Notes: a model not told the origin generated them from the sequence alone. Positions 20,287 through 31,279 are shown, counted from the first letter of the stretch. The stretch is DNA of 64,000 nt from Lachnospiraceae bacterium (GCA_028693705.1 JAQUUX010000004.1:779-64778); one strand, 5' to 3'. Translations and numbers: made by a program.

Positions 20287-20688
20287 ATGGCAGAGAACAA
20301 TTTTGGTTCCGTTGTAGAATCACTTTTAAAAGGAATGAACAGTGTTTTATCTACTAAAACAGTTGTAGGAGAGCCGACTACCATTGGAGATACTATTATT
20401 TTACCGCTTGTAGATGTTTCTTTTGGAATCGGTGCAGGGGCAAAATCAGATGTTAATAAAAATAACGGTGGTGGCGGTATGGGAGGTAAAATGACTCCAA
20501 GCGCTGTACTTATTATCAAAAATGGCAGTTCAAAACTGGTTAATATCAAAAATCAGGATGCGGTTACCAAAATTTTGGATATGATCCCTGACGTGGTTGA
20601 TAAGTTTACTACGCCAAAGGAAAAAATGATGGAAGATGATAAGGCAGTGGATATTGCTTTTGGTGAACAGCAGACAGAAAAAGAATAA
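20287..20688 (+). CDS. GerW (YtfJ) family sporulation protein
   Basis: KTVVGEPTTIGDTIILPLVDVSFGIGAGA...GGGGMGGKMTPSAVLIIKNG is the family signature. Confidence 0.8.
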   Translation: MAENNFGSVVESLLKGMNSVLSTKTVVGEPTTIGDTIILPLVDVSFGIGAGAKSDVNKNNGGGGMGGKMTPSAVLIIKNGSSKLVNIKNQDAVTKILDMIPDVVDKFTTPKEKMMEDDKAVDIAFGEQQTEKE

Positions 20689-20750
20689 TAAACCGGTACG
20701 GAATGAATTATACTGCATAGGATAAACCAAAAGGCGAAAGCAGGTTTTTT

Positions 20751-20891
20751 ATGAAAAAATGTCTTGGCTTTGGGATTTTTTTCTGTGCGTTAGGTATGCT
20801 GATCATGTTATTGATCGGGAATAAGTTGATCGGATTATTAATCATATTCCTGCTTTTAATTGTCGGATATAATTTTTATCACTGTGAATAG
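20751..20891 (+). CDS. Possible 46-aa small hydrophobic protein, below the ORF-track length cutoff
   Basis: My manual translation is MKKCLGFGIFFCALGMLIMLLIGNKLIGLLIIFLLLIVGYNFYHCE, which looks like two TM-like segments. The RBS is weak. Confidence 0.3.
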   Translation: MKKCLGFGIFFCALGMLIMLLIGNKLIGLLIIFLLLIVGYNFYHCE

Positions 20892-20912
20892 CACATTTGG
20901 GGCTTGGGGATC

Positions 20913-21461
20913 ATGGCAGAAACGTTTGAAGATAAACTGAATAATAGTACAAGCTATGAAGAACTGATTGCTCTAAAAAAATGGCTGTTTGCAGAAAATA
21001 TAAGAGTTGCAGCCCAAAGGGCAGATCTTCTGGAATTAAATGAAAAACTGATTGCAGAACGTGTCAAACATCAACATGAGCTAGATGCTATGAACCAGAA
21101 GCTTACTGCTGAGAAACAACGACTAAAGCAGGATAGTTTGTTTTTTGATAAAAAGATGCAGATACTACAGGATGGTTTTCGGCAGCTTGATATGGACAGG
21201 CGCCGCTTTGAGAAAGAACGGAAAAAAGCAGAAGCAGATGAGCGGGAGCGATTTGAAAATTTTTCGTATCATGGAATGAATGCACAGGTGGAATTTTTAT
21301 TTTACGGGGTGCGATCTCCGTTGGCATTAAAGAAAAGATATAAGGATCTGATCAAGATATTTCATCCGGATAACATGGCCGGAGATACTGAATTGATCCA
21401 GATGATCAATGTGGAATATGAGAAGCTTTTAGATGCCTATGAGGCAGGCAGAAGAGCATAA
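20913..21461 (+). CDS. Coiled-coil protein with a C-terminal J domain
   Basis: KKRYKDLIKIFHPDN carries the HPD tripeptide. The N-terminal two thirds are heptad-rich and charged. The start could be ATG 20913 or TTG 20904. Confidence 0.6.
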   Translation: MAETFEDKLNNSTSYEELIALKKWLFAENIRVAAQRADLLELNEKLIAERVKHQHELDAMNQKLTAEKQRLKQDSLFFDKKMQILQDGFRQLDMDRRRFEKERKKAEADERERFENFSYHGMNAQVEFLFYGVRSPLALKKRYKDLIKIFHPDNMAGDTELIQMINVEYEKLLDAYEAGRRA

Positions 21462-21496
21462 AAAAAACACATCAAACGATGTGTTTTTATTTTTTG
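21461..21496. terminator. Bidirectional rho-independent terminator between the J-domain gene and rpmB
   Basis: A-run, then stem ACACATC / GATGTGT with a 4-nt AAAC loop, then a TTTTTATTTTTT tract. Confidence 0.7.
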
Positions 21497-21545
21497 GAAA
21501 TTGTATGCTGATAAATAACTGACATCATAAGATGCCGGATATTAC

Positions 21546-21731
21546 CTAAGCTCTCTCAACTTTGCCAGATTTCAAACAGTTAGTACAAACATGCATTCTC
21601 TTAGGAGTGCCATTGACCTTACACTTAACACTCTGAATATTTGAATTCCAAATTCTGTTTGATCTTCTATGAGAATGGCTGACATTATTACCAAAATGAA
21701 CGCCTTTTCCACAAATTTCACATTTAGCCAT
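21546..21731 (-). CDS. rpmB: 50S ribosomal protein L28
   Basis: MAKCEICGKGVHFGNNVSHSHRRSNRIWNSNIQ. GGAGG is 8 nt upstream of this ATG. The ORF-track start at 21740 adds 3 residues. Confidence 0.9.
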   Translation of the reverse strand: MAKCEICGKGVHFGNNVSHSHRRSNRIWNSNIQSVKCKVNGTPKRMHVCTNCLKSGKVERA

Positions 21732-21913
21732 CTTCCACACCTCCTAATTAACACAAGGGTTAGTTATTTAGATGTTACGAGTCACTCGCAACGTGAATAT
21801 AATATCAGATTAGTTTCCATAATGCAAGCAAAATTTAATATTTTAAAATAATATTCCATTTTTTCTAAACATTGGGTATAATACGAATATATATGTTTAA
21901 AAGGAGGTTCTAT

Positions 21914-22273
21914 ATGAAGGGTACTTCTATGAATACACATCTGGGAAATATTGTGATCGAGAATGAAGCAATCGCCCAGTATGCAGGTTCTGTTGCCATT
22001 GAATGCTTCGGTGTTGTGGGAATGGCAGGTGTGAATATGAAAGACGGCCTGGTAAAACTCTTGAAGATGGATAGCATTACAAGAGGAATCAGTGTCTATA
22101 ATAACAATAATCGTCTGACGATCGATTTTCATATTATTATCGCTTACGGGGCAAATATTCTGACTGTCTCAGATAATCTGATTGATAATGTAAAATATCG
22201 TGTAGAAGATTTTACAAGTATGAAAATCGACAAAATCAACATTTATGTTGAAGGTGTCAGAGTGATTGATTAA
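21914..22273 (+). CDS. Asp23/Gls24 family envelope stress protein (YloU-like)
   Basis: AAAGGAGG RBS before the ATG at 21914. LGNIVIENEAIAQYAGSVAIECFGVVGM matches the family. Conserved position rpmB / yloU-yloV-recG. Confidence 0.8.
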   Translation: MKGTSMNTHLGNIVIENEAIAQYAGSVAIECFGVVGMAGVNMKDGLVKLLKMDSITRGISVYNNNNRLTIDFHIIIAYGANILTVSDNLIDNVKYRVEDFTSMKIDKINIYVEGVRVID

Positions 22274-22286
22274 GGAGGATACACCC

Positions 22287-23969
22287 GTGGCAAGTACTAT
22301 AATAAATGCCGAAATGTTAGCCAAGATGTTTTTAGCTGCCGCTAAAAATCTTGAGAGCAAAAAAGAATGGATCAATGAGTTGAATGTTTTTCCGGTTCCT
22401 GATGGAGATACCGGTACAAATATGACAATGACCATTATGGCCGCTGCCAAAGAGGTTGCAGCATTGGAAGAACAGAATGTGAAAACAGTCTGCAAGGCAA
22501 TGTCTTCCGGATCTTTACGTGGAGCAAGAGGAAATTCTGGTGTTATTCTTTCTCAGCTGTTACGTGGTTTTACCAAAGTTGCCAGTGAACATGATGAAAT
22601 GGATGTAGCTGTACTGGCTGCTTCTTTTCAGAAGGCTGTAGAATCTGCATACAAGGCAGTTATGAAGCCGAAGGAAGGGACAATCCTTACTGTTGCCAAG
22701 GGAATGGCCGACAAGGCAAATGAACTGGCTGAAGAGGGCTGTGATGACCTTGGTACTTTTTTGGATGAAGTCATTAAACATGGTGATTATGTATTGGATC
22801 AGACACCGGAGATGTTACCTGTTTTAAAACAGGCAGGTGTTGTAGATTCCGGCGGACAGGGTCTGATGCAGGCTATGAAGGGCGCATTTGATGCTTATCT
22901 GGGAAAGGAAATTGACTATTCCATTTCAGAGGCTACCCCAACCGTGTCTGTAAAAGCAAGTTATGATGCACAGGCAAATCTGGATATTAAATTTGGATAT
23001 TGTACAGAATTTATTATTTTATTAAGCAAGTCATTTACCACCAAAATGGAAATGGATTTCAAGTCTTTCTTAGAATCCATTGGTGATTGTGTTGTTGTAG
23101 TTGCTGATGATGATGTGGTCAAGGTACATGTACATACCAATGATCCGGGTCTGGCAATTCAGAAGGCACTTACCTATGGTGCTCTTTCTAATATGAAGAT
23201 TGATAATATGCGCCTTGAACATGAGGAAAAACTGTTTAAAATGGCTGAAAATGGTATGACAGCATCAGAAGGTTCCACCGGATCTGACGTAGATACCACA
23301 GCTGAACGCAAGGAATATGGTTTCATCGCAGTTTCTGTTGGAGAAGGTATGAAACAGATCTTTACAGAACTTGGTGTGGATTATGTTATTGAAGGCGGTC
23401 AGACTATGAATCCAAGTACTGAAGACATGATGAACGCAATCAGTAAGGTCAATGCTGATACTGTATATATTCTTCCTAATAACAAGAATATCATTATGGC
23501 AGCAAATCAGGCTAAGATTTTGGAAGAAGAAAAAAATGTTTTTGTAATCCCTACTAAAACTGTTCCACAGGGTATTACTGCAGTCATTAATTATGTACCG
23601 GATCTTTCAGCTGAAGAAAACGCAGAAGCTATGACAGCTGAAATTGCCAATGTGAAAACCGGTCAGGTAACTTATGCAGTGAGAGATACCGTAATTGATG
23701 ATAAAACAATTCGTCAGGGTGATTACATGGGTATTGGCGATCACGGAATTTTATCCGTTGGAACTGATATTAATGCAGTGACACTGGAAATGTTGCAGAG
23801 CATGATGGATGAGGATAATGAACTGATCAGCATTTATTATGGCAGTGATGTGACTGACACCGATGCAGAGGAATTACAGAATGCTGTAGCTGACCTTTAC
23901 CCAGGATGTGATATTGAACTGCAAGCCGGTGGGCAGCCAATTTATTATTATATTATTTCTGCTGAATAA
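22287..23969 (+). CDS. DAK2 (DhaL-like) domain protein, YloV family
   Basis: Contains NVFPVPDGDTGTNM. AAGGAGG is 8 nt before the GTG at 22287. C-terminal DegV-like/uncharacterised domain. Confidence 0.85.
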   Translation: MASTIINAEMLAKMFLAAAKNLESKKEWINELNVFPVPDGDTGTNMTMTIMAAAKEVAALEEQNVKTVCKAMSSGSLRGARGNSGVILSQLLRGFTKVASEHDEMDVAVLAASFQKAVESAYKAVMKPKEGTILTVAKGMADKANELAEEGCDDLGTFLDEVIKHGDYVLDQTPEMLPVLKQAGVVDSGGQGLMQAMKGAFDAYLGKEIDYSISEATPTVSVKASYDAQANLDIKFGYCTEFIILLSKSFTTKMEMDFKSFLESIGDCVVVVADDDVVKVHVHTNDPGLAIQKALTYGALSNMKIDNMRLEHEEKLFKMAENGMTASEGSTGSDVDTTAERKEYGFIAVSVGEGMKQIFTELGVDYVIEGGQTMNPSTEDMMNAISKVNADTVYILPNNKNIIMAANQAKILEEEKNVFVIPTKTVPQGITAVINYVPDLSAEENAEAMTAEIANVKTGQVTYAVRDTVIDDKTIRQGDYMGIGDHGILSVGTDINAVTLEMLQSMMDEDNELISIYYGSDVTDTDAEELQNAVADLYPGCDIELQAGGQPIYYYIISAE

Positions 23970-23992
23970 TAGTGGAAGAGTCAGATGACGAT

Positions 23993-24036
23993 AAGAGCAT
24001 CCATTAGTCCAATTTACTAATGAATGCTCTTTTTTA
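23993..24036 (+). terminator. Rho-independent terminator after yloV
   Basis: 16-nt arms AAGAGCATCCATTAGT / ACTAATGAATGCTCTT with one mismatch, followed by TTTTT. Confidence 0.75.
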
Positions 24037-24102
24037 TCCAAGATTTTAAGGAGTGTAATCAGTCAATTTCATTAAAAATGACAAGAACGGACATTAAACG
24101 AC

Positions 24103-26151
24103 ATGAATGGACAGGATAAACTGCAGACTTTAAAAGGTGTGGGAGACAAAATAGCAGCCTTATTTCATAAATTAAATATTGATACACTGGATCAGCTGCT
24201 TCGTAATTATCCCAGAGATTATGAGCAGTTTCTACCGGTGCAGACAGTAGCTTCCTGCGTTCCCGGGACACTTTGCAGTATCCGTGCCATTCTCACCGGT
24301 AATCCAAGTGTGGCTCACGTGAGGAAACTTTCTATATTGAACTTTCAGGCACAGGATATTACCGGGAGTATTAAACTTACTTTTTTCAATATGCCGTATC
24401 TGAAATCTTCTTTAAAGAAAAATCAGTACTACATTTTCAGAGGAATAGTACAGTCAAAAGGAAAACAGCTTGTGATGGAACAGGCTAAGATATATAAACC
24501 GGAGGAATATGATAAGTTGGTGGGGAGCCTGCAACCCAAATATGCATTGACCAGTGGATTGACAAATCAAACCTTTACCAAAGCTGTAAAGCAGGTACTT
24601 ACAGCAATGGAGCCTGTGGATTTTCTACCCGAGGAGATGAGAGAACGTCTTTCTTTACCGGATTTAAAAGAATCAATTGCTGATGTACATTTTCCTAAGG
24701 ATCAGTATGTATTGTTTGCTTCCAGAAAAAGGCTGGTGTTTGATGAATTCTTCATATTCCTTTTGATGATCAGACAAGCCAGAAAATGGAATGAAGAAGA
24801 ACAAAATGAGAATGTTATGCTGCAGGTTGCAGAATGTGACCGTTTTTTAACATCATTGCCTTATCGTCTGACAGGTGCCCAGCAAAAGGTTTGGGAGGAA
24901 ATACAAGATGATTTGACCGGACCAAACACAATGAATCGCCTAATTCAGGGAGATGTGGGTTCCGGAAAAACGATTTTGGCGGTTCTTGCACTTCTCATGA
25001 CGGTGGCGAACGGATATCAGGGAGCATTTATGGCACCTACGGAAGTGTTGGCTACCCAACATTTTGAAACTATAACAGAGCTTACGAAGAAATATCATCT
25101 TCCATTTAAACCGGTTTTGCTAATTGGTTCATTGCCCATAAAGGCTAAACGTGAAATTTACGCTAAATTGGAGTCTGGAGAAGTAAACCTTGCTATTGGA
25201 ACTCATGCTATGATACAGGATGCTGTGAGTTTTCAATCTCTGGCACTGGTTATCACGGATGAACAACATAGATTTGGAGTAAAACAGAGGGAAAGATTAT
25301 CCCAAAAAGGTGATCATCCGCATATTATGGTAATGAGTGCAACGCCTATTCCTCGAACTTTGGCAATGATTATGTATGGCGATTTGCATATTTCTATTGT
25401 GGACGAGCTGCCGGTTGGCCGCCTGCCTATTAAGAATTGTGTTGTAAACAGGGACTACAGAGAAAAAGCATATCAGTTTATCTTAAAAGAAGTGCAGAAC
25501 GGTCATCAGGTTTACTGTATCTGTCCAATGGTTGAACCGGGAGAACAGGAGCAGCTGGAGAATGTTGAAGACTATACCGCTTCATTAAGGGAAATTATGC
25601 CGCCACAGATACAAATTGCGTCGTTGCATGGTAAAATGAAACCTGCTGAGAAAAACAGGATTATGACGGAATTTGGAAATCATAATATTGATATTCTGGT
25701 GTCAACCACTGTTATTGAGGTGGGTATCAATGTACCAAATGCAACGGTTATGCTGGTAGAAAATGCAGAACGTTTTGGTCTGGCACAGTTGCATCAGCTA
25801 AGAGGACGTGTAGGCAGAGGAAAGGATCAATCTTATTGTATCTTTATTAGTGGACTGACTGATCAGGACACTATGGATCGCTTAAATATACTGAATCATT
25901 CAAATGATGGATTTGAAATTGCAGAGAAGGATCTGGAATTACGCGGTCCCGGAGATTTGTTCGGTATCCGGCAAAGCGGTGACATCAGATTCCAGCTGGG
26001 TGATATATACAGGGATACCGATATTTTGAAACTGGCAAGTGATGAGGCGGATCATCTTATGATGGAAGATCCGGAGTTGTCTCTGAAACAGCATGTTTTG
26101 CTACGGGAAGAAATCACACGCAGAAACCTTGTTGACTTTAAAACTATCTGA
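24103..26151 (+). CDS. recG: ATP-dependent DNA helicase RecG
   Basis: 682 aa. Wedge/OB N-terminus, Walker A GDVGSGKT, DEQHRFG, and QLHQLRGRVGRG. Confidence 0.92.
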   Translation: MNGQDKLQTLKGVGDKIAALFHKLNIDTLDQLLRNYPRDYEQFLPVQTVASCVPGTLCSIRAILTGNPSVAHVRKLSILNFQAQDITGSIKLTFFNMPYLKSSLKKNQYYIFRGIVQSKGKQLVMEQAKIYKPEEYDKLVGSLQPKYALTSGLTNQTFTKAVKQVLTAMEPVDFLPEEMRERLSLPDLKESIADVHFPKDQYVLFASRKRLVFDEFFIFLLMIRQARKWNEEEQNENVMLQVAECDRFLTSLPYRLTGAQQKVWEEIQDDLTGPNTMNRLIQGDVGSGKTILAVLALLMTVANGYQGAFMAPTEVLATQHFETITELTKKYHLPFKPVLLIGSLPIKAKREIYAKLESGEVNLAIGTHAMIQDAVSFQSLALVITDEQHRFGVKQRERLSQKGDHPHIMVMSATPIPRTLAMIMYGDLHISIVDELPVGRLPIKNCVVNRDYREKAYQFILKEVQNGHQVYCICPMVEPGEQEQLENVEDYTASLREIMPPQIQIASLHGKMKPAEKNRIMTEFGNHNIDILVSTTVIEVGINVPNATVMLVENAERFGLAQLHQLRGRVGRGKDQSYCIFISGLTDQDTMDRLNILNHSNDGFEIAEKDLELRGPGDLFGIRQSGDIRFQLGDIYRDTDILKLASDEADHLMMEDPELSLKQHVLLREEITRRNLVDFKTI

Positions 26152-26188
26152 ACGTAAAATATAAGATATTTGTGAAGGGAGAGTTTTT

Positions 26189-27064
26189 ATGTCCAAAATT
26201 GCTATTGTTACAGACAGTAACAGCGGGATTAGCCAGGAAGAGGGGAAAGCGCTTGGTATTGCCATCGTTCCCATGCCTTTTTTTATAGACGATGAAACCT
26301 ATTATGAGGGAATCAATTTATCCCAGCCTGAGTTTTATGAGCATTTGAAATCAGGCGTAGATATTTCCACCAGCCAGCCGACGCCGGATTCCATTATGAA
26401 ATTATGGGACGAACTGTTACAGGATTATGACGAAATCGTGCATATTCCCATGAGCAGTGGATTAAGCGGCTCCTTTCAGACTGCCAATATGCTGTCATCG
26501 GAAGATGAATATGAAGGTAAAGTACAGGTCGTAAATAACCAGAGAGTTTCTGTTACCCAGAAACAATCTGCCTTAGATGCAAAAGAACTTGCAGAACATG
26601 GTAAATCTGCACTTGAGATTAAAGAAATACTGGAAAAAGAAAAGTTTAATTCCAGTATTTATATTATGTTAGATACCTTATATTATTTAAAAAAAGGTGG
26701 CCGCATCACACCAGCAGCAGCTACCCTGGGCACTATTCTGAGAATCAAACCGGTTTTACAGATCCAAGGTGAAAAACTGGATGCTTTTGCTAAGGCAAGA
26801 ACTGTAAATCAAGGTAAGAATATTATGGTAACAGCTCTTAAAAATGATGTTATAAATCGTATGCAGGGCTTAAAACAGACAGATGATGTATGGATTGAAA
26901 TCGCACATACCCAGAATGAGGAAGCAGCAAATCAGCTGCGAGATGAATTGCTGGAGATTTTCCCCGGTTATCATATTGTTGTAGATGCACTTTCATTGAG
27001 CATTGCATGTCATATCGGACCCGGTTCTCTTGCAGTCGCATGCAGTAAGCGGATCTCTTATTAG
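26189..27064 (+). CDS. DegV family fatty-acid-binding protein
   Basis: IAIVTDSNSGI... and LYYLKKGGRI are signature segments. Confidence 0.85.
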   Translation: MSKIAIVTDSNSGISQEEGKALGIAIVPMPFFIDDETYYEGINLSQPEFYEHLKSGVDISTSQPTPDSIMKLWDELLQDYDEIVHIPMSSGLSGSFQTANMLSSEDEYEGKVQVVNNQRVSVTQKQSALDAKELAEHGKSALEIKEILEKEKFNSSIYIMLDTLYYLKKGGRITPAAATLGTILRIKPVLQIQGEKLDAFAKARTVNQGKNIMVTALKNDVINRMQGLKQTDDVWIEIAHTQNEEAANQLRDELLEIFPGYHIVVDALSLSIACHIGPGSLAVACSKRISY

Positions 27065-27089
27065 AAATATAGAAGTGAGGTAAAGTTTT

Positions 27090-29012
27090 ATGGCGAAAGC
27101 AGCATCTTATGATGCAGCCAGTATCACGGTCTTAGAAGGACTGGAAGCTGTCCGGAAGAGACCGGGTATGTATATTGGCAGTGTATCCACCAAAGGATTG
27201 AATCATTTAATTTATGAAATAGTAGATAACTCTGTAGACGAACATCTGGCAGGTTTTTGTGACACAATTACAGTTGTTTTGGAGGCTGACGGATCAGCTA
27301 CAGTAGAGGATAACGGAAGAGGTATCCCGGTCGGGATGCACGCCAAGGGAGTCAGCGCAGAACGTGTTGTTTTTTCCACGCTTCATGCAGGCGGTAAGTT
27401 TGATAATGCAGCCTATAAAACAAGCGGTGGCCTTCATGGTGTAGGTTCTTCGGTTGTCAATGCTTTATCAGAATGGCTCAGAGTTCAGGTTAAGCGTGAC
27501 GGTAATATCTATGAAGATTATTATGAACGTGGAGTTCCTGCAAAGGAGCTTGTAAACGGACTTCTTCCAATTGTCGGAAAAAGTAAAACAACTGGTACAA
27601 TCATATCTTTTCTTCCGGATGATACAATCTTTGATAAAACCCGTTTTAAAGAAGAAGAGGTAAAGAGCAGATTACATGAGACAGCTTATTTAAACCCTAA
27701 TCTGACTATTATTTTTGAAGATCGAAGAGAGGCTGAGGTTTCTCATATTGAGTTTCATGAGCCTGAGGGTATTGTCGGTTTTATAAAGGATATGAATAAA
27801 TCCAAAGAAGCTGTAACAGAGGTGGTTTACTGTCAAGGTGAAGCAGAGGGCATCGCAGTGGAAGCTGCGTTCCAGTATGTAAATGAATTCCACGAAGAGG
27901 TACTGGGTTTTTGTAATAATATTTATAATGCAGAAGGCGGTACTCATCTGACCGGTTTTAAGACTGTATTTACGACAGTTATTAATAATTATGCCAGAGG
28001 GCTTGGTAATCTGAAGGATAAGGACATTAATTTTACCGGAGCTGATGTACGAAATGGTATGACTGCTGTTATTACCATCAAGCATCCGGATCCTCGTTTT
28101 GAAGGTCAGACAAAGACAAAACTGGATAACCAGGATGCAGCCAAGGCAGTTTCAAAAGTCATCGGAGATGAAATTGTGCGCTATTTCGACCGTAATTTAG
28201 AGACATTAAAGTCTGTTATTACCTGTGCCGAAAAAGCTGCAAAAATTCGTAAGTCAGAAGAAAAAGCAAAGACTAATCTGCTGACTAAGCAAAAATTTTC
28301 TTTCGATTCTAATGGAAAACTGGCTAACTGTGAGTCCAGAGATGCTTCCAAATGTGAAATTTTCATCGTAGAAGGTGATTCTGCCGGCGGTAGTGCCAAA
28401 ATGGCAAGAAACCGTATGTTCCAGGCGATTTTACCAATCAGAGGTAAAATATTAAATGTTGAAAAGGCCAGCATAGATAAAGTTTTGGCAAATGCAGAGA
28501 TCAAGACGATGATTAATGCTTTTGGCTGTGGATTTTCTGAAGGATACGGAAATGATTTTGATATTTCCAAGCTCCGCTATGACAAAATTATTATCATGGC
28601 CGATGCCGATGTAGATGGTGCTCATATTTCCACGTTGCTGCTTACTTTATTCTATCGATTTATGCCGGAACTTATTTATGAGGGACATGTTTATATCGCC
28701 ATGCCACCTTTATATAAAACCATGCCCTCCAGAGGACAGGAAGAATATTTGTATGATGATAAAGCACTCGAGCGTTATCGCAAGAGCCATAAAGGACCTT
28801 TTACTTTACAGCGTTACAAAGGTCTTGGTGAAATGGATGCGGCTCAGCTGTGGGAGACTACACTGGATCCGGCTACCAGACTTTTGAAATTAGTAGAGAT
28901 TGAAGATGCCAGAATGGCTTCTGAAGTGACCGAGATGTTAATGGGTACAGAAGTACCGCCAAGAAAAGAATTTATACATGCACATGCTAATGATGCTGAA
29001 TTGGATGTATAA
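27090..29012 (+). CDS. Type IIA DNA topoisomerase subunit B (ParE-like or second GyrB)
   Basis: GHKL ATPase motifs (YEIVDNSVDE, DNGRGIP, GGLHGVG), Toprim EGDSAGG, and PLRGKILNV-like IRGKILNV. Confidence 0.85.
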   Translation: MAKAASYDAASITVLEGLEAVRKRPGMYIGSVSTKGLNHLIYEIVDNSVDEHLAGFCDTITVVLEADGSATVEDNGRGIPVGMHAKGVSAERVVFSTLHAGGKFDNAAYKTSGGLHGVGSSVVNALSEWLRVQVKRDGNIYEDYYERGVPAKELVNGLLPIVGKSKTTGTIISFLPDDTIFDKTRFKEEEVKSRLHETAYLNPNLTIIFEDRREAEVSHIEFHEPEGIVGFIKDMNKSKEAVTEVVYCQGEAEGIAVEAAFQYVNEFHEEVLGFCNNIYNAEGGTHLTGFKTVFTTVINNYARGLGNLKDKDINFTGADVRNGMTAVITIKHPDPRFEGQTKTKLDNQDAAKAVSKVIGDEIVRYFDRNLETLKSVITCAEKAAKIRKSEEKAKTNLLTKQKFSFDSNGKLANCESRDASKCEIFIVEGDSAGGSAKMARNRMFQAILPIRGKILNVEKASIDKVLANAEIKTMINAFGCGFSEGYGNDFDISKLRYDKIIIMADADVDGAHISTLLLTLFYRFMPELIYEGHVYIAMPPLYKTMPSRGQEEYLYDDKALERYRKSHKGPFTLQRYKGLGEMDAAQLWETTLDPATRLLKLVEIEDARMASEVTEMLMGTEVPPRKEFIHAHANDAELDV

Positions 29013-29041
29013 GCTTATGATACGGAACGGAGTAATTTTAC

Positions 29042-31279
29042 ATGGATGATAGAATCTTAAAAACGGAATATTCCGAACTTATGCAGAAATCCTATATTGA
29101 TTATGCTATGAGTGTTATTGTTGCAAGAGCTTTGCCGGATGTCCGTGACGGTTTAAAACCGGTACAGAGAAGAACTCTGTATGATATGTATGAACTGGGT
29201 ATTCGCTATGACAGACCTTATAGAAAAAGTGCCAGAATCGTGGGCGATACCATGGGTAAATATCATCCCCATGGAGACAGTTCTATTTATGGAGCACTGG
29301 TTGTCCTGACCCAGGATTTTAAAATGGGTATTCCGTTGGTTGACGGTCATGGTAACTTCGGCAATATCGAGGGTGATGGCGCGGCTGCCATGCGTTATAC
29401 AGAGGCAAGACTGGCAAAACTGACTGAAAATTATTTTTTGGCGGATCTGGATAAGGATGTAGTTGATTTTGTTCCCAATTTTGATGAAAATGAAAAAGAG
29501 CCAACTATTTTACCGGTTAAAATTCCTAATCTGTTAATCAATGGTTCAGAAGGTATTGCCGTTGGTATGGCTACCAGTATTCCACCTCACAATCTTGCTG
29601 AGGTGATTGATGCAACCAAAGCATATATGAGTAATCCTGACATTACCACCAATGAATTGATGCGTTATGTACCGGGACCGGATTTCCCTACAGGCGGCAT
29701 TGTCATCAATAAAGACGAATTACTGGATATCTACGAGACTGGAAGCGGCAAGGTGAAGATTCGTGGCAAGGTAACTGTTGAAAAGGGGAAGGCCGGTAAG
29801 AATAATGTGGTAATTACCGAGATTCCCTATACTATGATCGGTGCAAACATTGGTAAATTTTTATCAGATGTAGCAGCACTGGCAGAGAATAAAGTAACTC
29901 AGGATATAGTTGATATTTCTAACCAGTCCTCTAAGGAAGGCATTCGTATTGTAATCGAATTACGTAAGGATGCTGATATTGAGAACTTTAAAAATATGCT
30001 TTATAAAAAAACCAGACTGGAAGACACTTTTGGTGTAAATATGCTGGCTATCTGTGACGGACGCCCGGAAACCATGGGAATTAAGCAGATTTTAAGAGAG
30101 CATGTGAAGTTCCAGTATGAGGTAACAACCAGAAAATATCAGAATTTGCTGGATCACGAGATGGAACGCAAGGAGATCCAGGAAGGTTTGATTAAAGCCT
30201 GCAATGTAATTGACCTCGTAATTGAGATTCTTCGTGGTTCCAAAGATCGAGCTATGGCAAAGGCCTGTCTGGTAGAAGGCAAAACGGATGGCATAAAATT
30301 CAAATCCAAAGAATCTAAGATTATGGCTGAACAGTTGATGTTTACAGATAAGCAGGCAAATGCTATTCTGGAAATGCGTTTATACAAGCTGATTGGTCTG
30401 GAGCTGGAAGCACTGATTAAAGAACATGACGATACTATGGCAAACATATATCGTTATGAGGATATCCTGGAGAGTAAAGATTCTATGACCCAGGTTATTG
30501 TGCAAAAACTGGACGCGATCAAGAAAGAATATAAAGCTGCAAGAAAAACTGAAATTGTTAATGCCGAGGAAGCTGTCTTCGAAGAAAAGAAGATGGAGGA
30601 AATGGATGTTGTATTCATGATGGATCGTTTTGGTTACTGTAAAACGGTTGATGATCCAACCTATCAGCGTAACAAAGAAGCAGCTGAAGCTGAATTCAAA
30701 TATATATTCTCCTGCAAAAATACCGGAAAGATATGTATTTTTACTGATGGAGGACAGATGCACAGCTTTAAAGTAAAGGATGTACCTTACGGAAAATTCC
30801 GTGATAAAGGCACACCAGTTGACAATATCAGTAACTATAATTCAACAAAAGAAAACATGGTATTCCTGGCAAGCCAGAGTGATTTGAATCTGTATCGCAT
30901 GGTTTTTGTAACAAAATCAGCCATGTTAAAAGTAGTGGATGGCGGAGAATTTGATGTCAATAAACGAACAGTTTCTGCAACAAAGTTAAATGATGGTGAC
31001 AGTGTTGTCAGTGTAATGACTCTTACTGACCAGCGCAATATTGTGTTACAGACAAAAGAAGGCTATTTCCTGAGATTTGCGCTGGAAGAGATTCCAATGA
31101 AAAAGAAAGCAGCTGTCGGTGTCCGTGGTATGAAGCTAGGAGCATCTGATTACATTGAAGAGGTATATTATACCAAGAATGCTGAAGAACAGACGATTGA
31201 ATATAAGGATAAACAGCTGGAATTAAATAAAATCAAATTAGGTACCAGAGACTCCAAGGGAGTAAAGGTGCGTGTGTAA
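29042..31279 (+). CDS. Type IIA DNA topoisomerase subunit A (ParC-like or second GyrA)
   Basis: [14 protein letters not shown], and the active-site region [10 protein letters not shown]. It is 745 aa with a short C-terminal domain in which I see no QRRGGKG-type GyrA box. Confidence 0.85.
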   Translation: MDDRILKTEYSELMQKSYIDYAMSVIVARALPDVRDGLKPVQRRTLYDMYELGIRYDRPYRKSARIVGDTMGKYHPHGDSSIYGALVVLTQDFKMGIPLVDGHGNFGNIEGDGAAAMRYTEARLAKLTENYFLADLDKDVVDFVPNFDENEKEPTILPVKIPNLLINGSEGIAVGMATSIPPHNLAEVIDATKAYMSNPDITTNELMRYVPGPDFPTGGIVINKDELLDIYETGSGKVKIRGKVTVEKGKAGKNNVVITEIPYTMIGANIGKFLSDVAALAENKVTQDIVDISNQSSKEGIRIVIELRKDADIENFKNMLYKKTRLEDTFGVNMLAICDGRPETMGIKQILREHVKFQYEVTTRKYQNLLDHEMERKEIQEGLIKACNVIDLVIEILRGSKDRAMAKACLVEGKTDGIKFKSKESKIMAEQLMFTDKQANAILEMRLYKLIGLELEALIKEHDDTMANIYRYEDILESKDSMTQVIVQKLDAIKKEYKAARKTEIVNAEEAVFEEKKMEEMDVVFMMDRFGYCKTVDDPTYQRNKEAAEAEFKYIFSCKNTGKICIFTDGGQMHSFKVKDVPYGKFRDKGTPVDNISNYNSTKENMVFLASQSDLNLYRMVFVTKSAMLKVVDGGEFDVNKRTVSATKLNDGDSVVSVMTLTDQRNIVLQTKEGYFLRFALEEIPMKKKAAVGVRGMKLGASDYIEEVYYTKNAEEQTIEYKDKQLELNKIKLGTRDSKGVKVRV

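Noticed and set aside
20163-20549. 128-aa minus-strand ORF.
   Set aside because: It is antisense to the GerW/YtfJ gene and the end of the DUF2953 gene, both of which have family signatures.
21782-22132. 116-aa minus-strand ORF.
   Set aside because: It is antisense to the Asp23-family gene and its promoter region and has no RBS.
27690-28570. Minus-strand ORFs of 131 aa (27690-28085) and 129 aa (28181-28570).
   Set aside because: They are antisense within the strongly supported topoisomerase B-subunit gene, which is typical of shadow ORFs in AT-rich DNA.
30380-30763. 127-aa minus-strand ORF, along with other antisense ORFs in 29153-31038.
   Set aside because: They lie entirely inside the topoisomerase A-subunit gene on the opposite strand and have no independent support.
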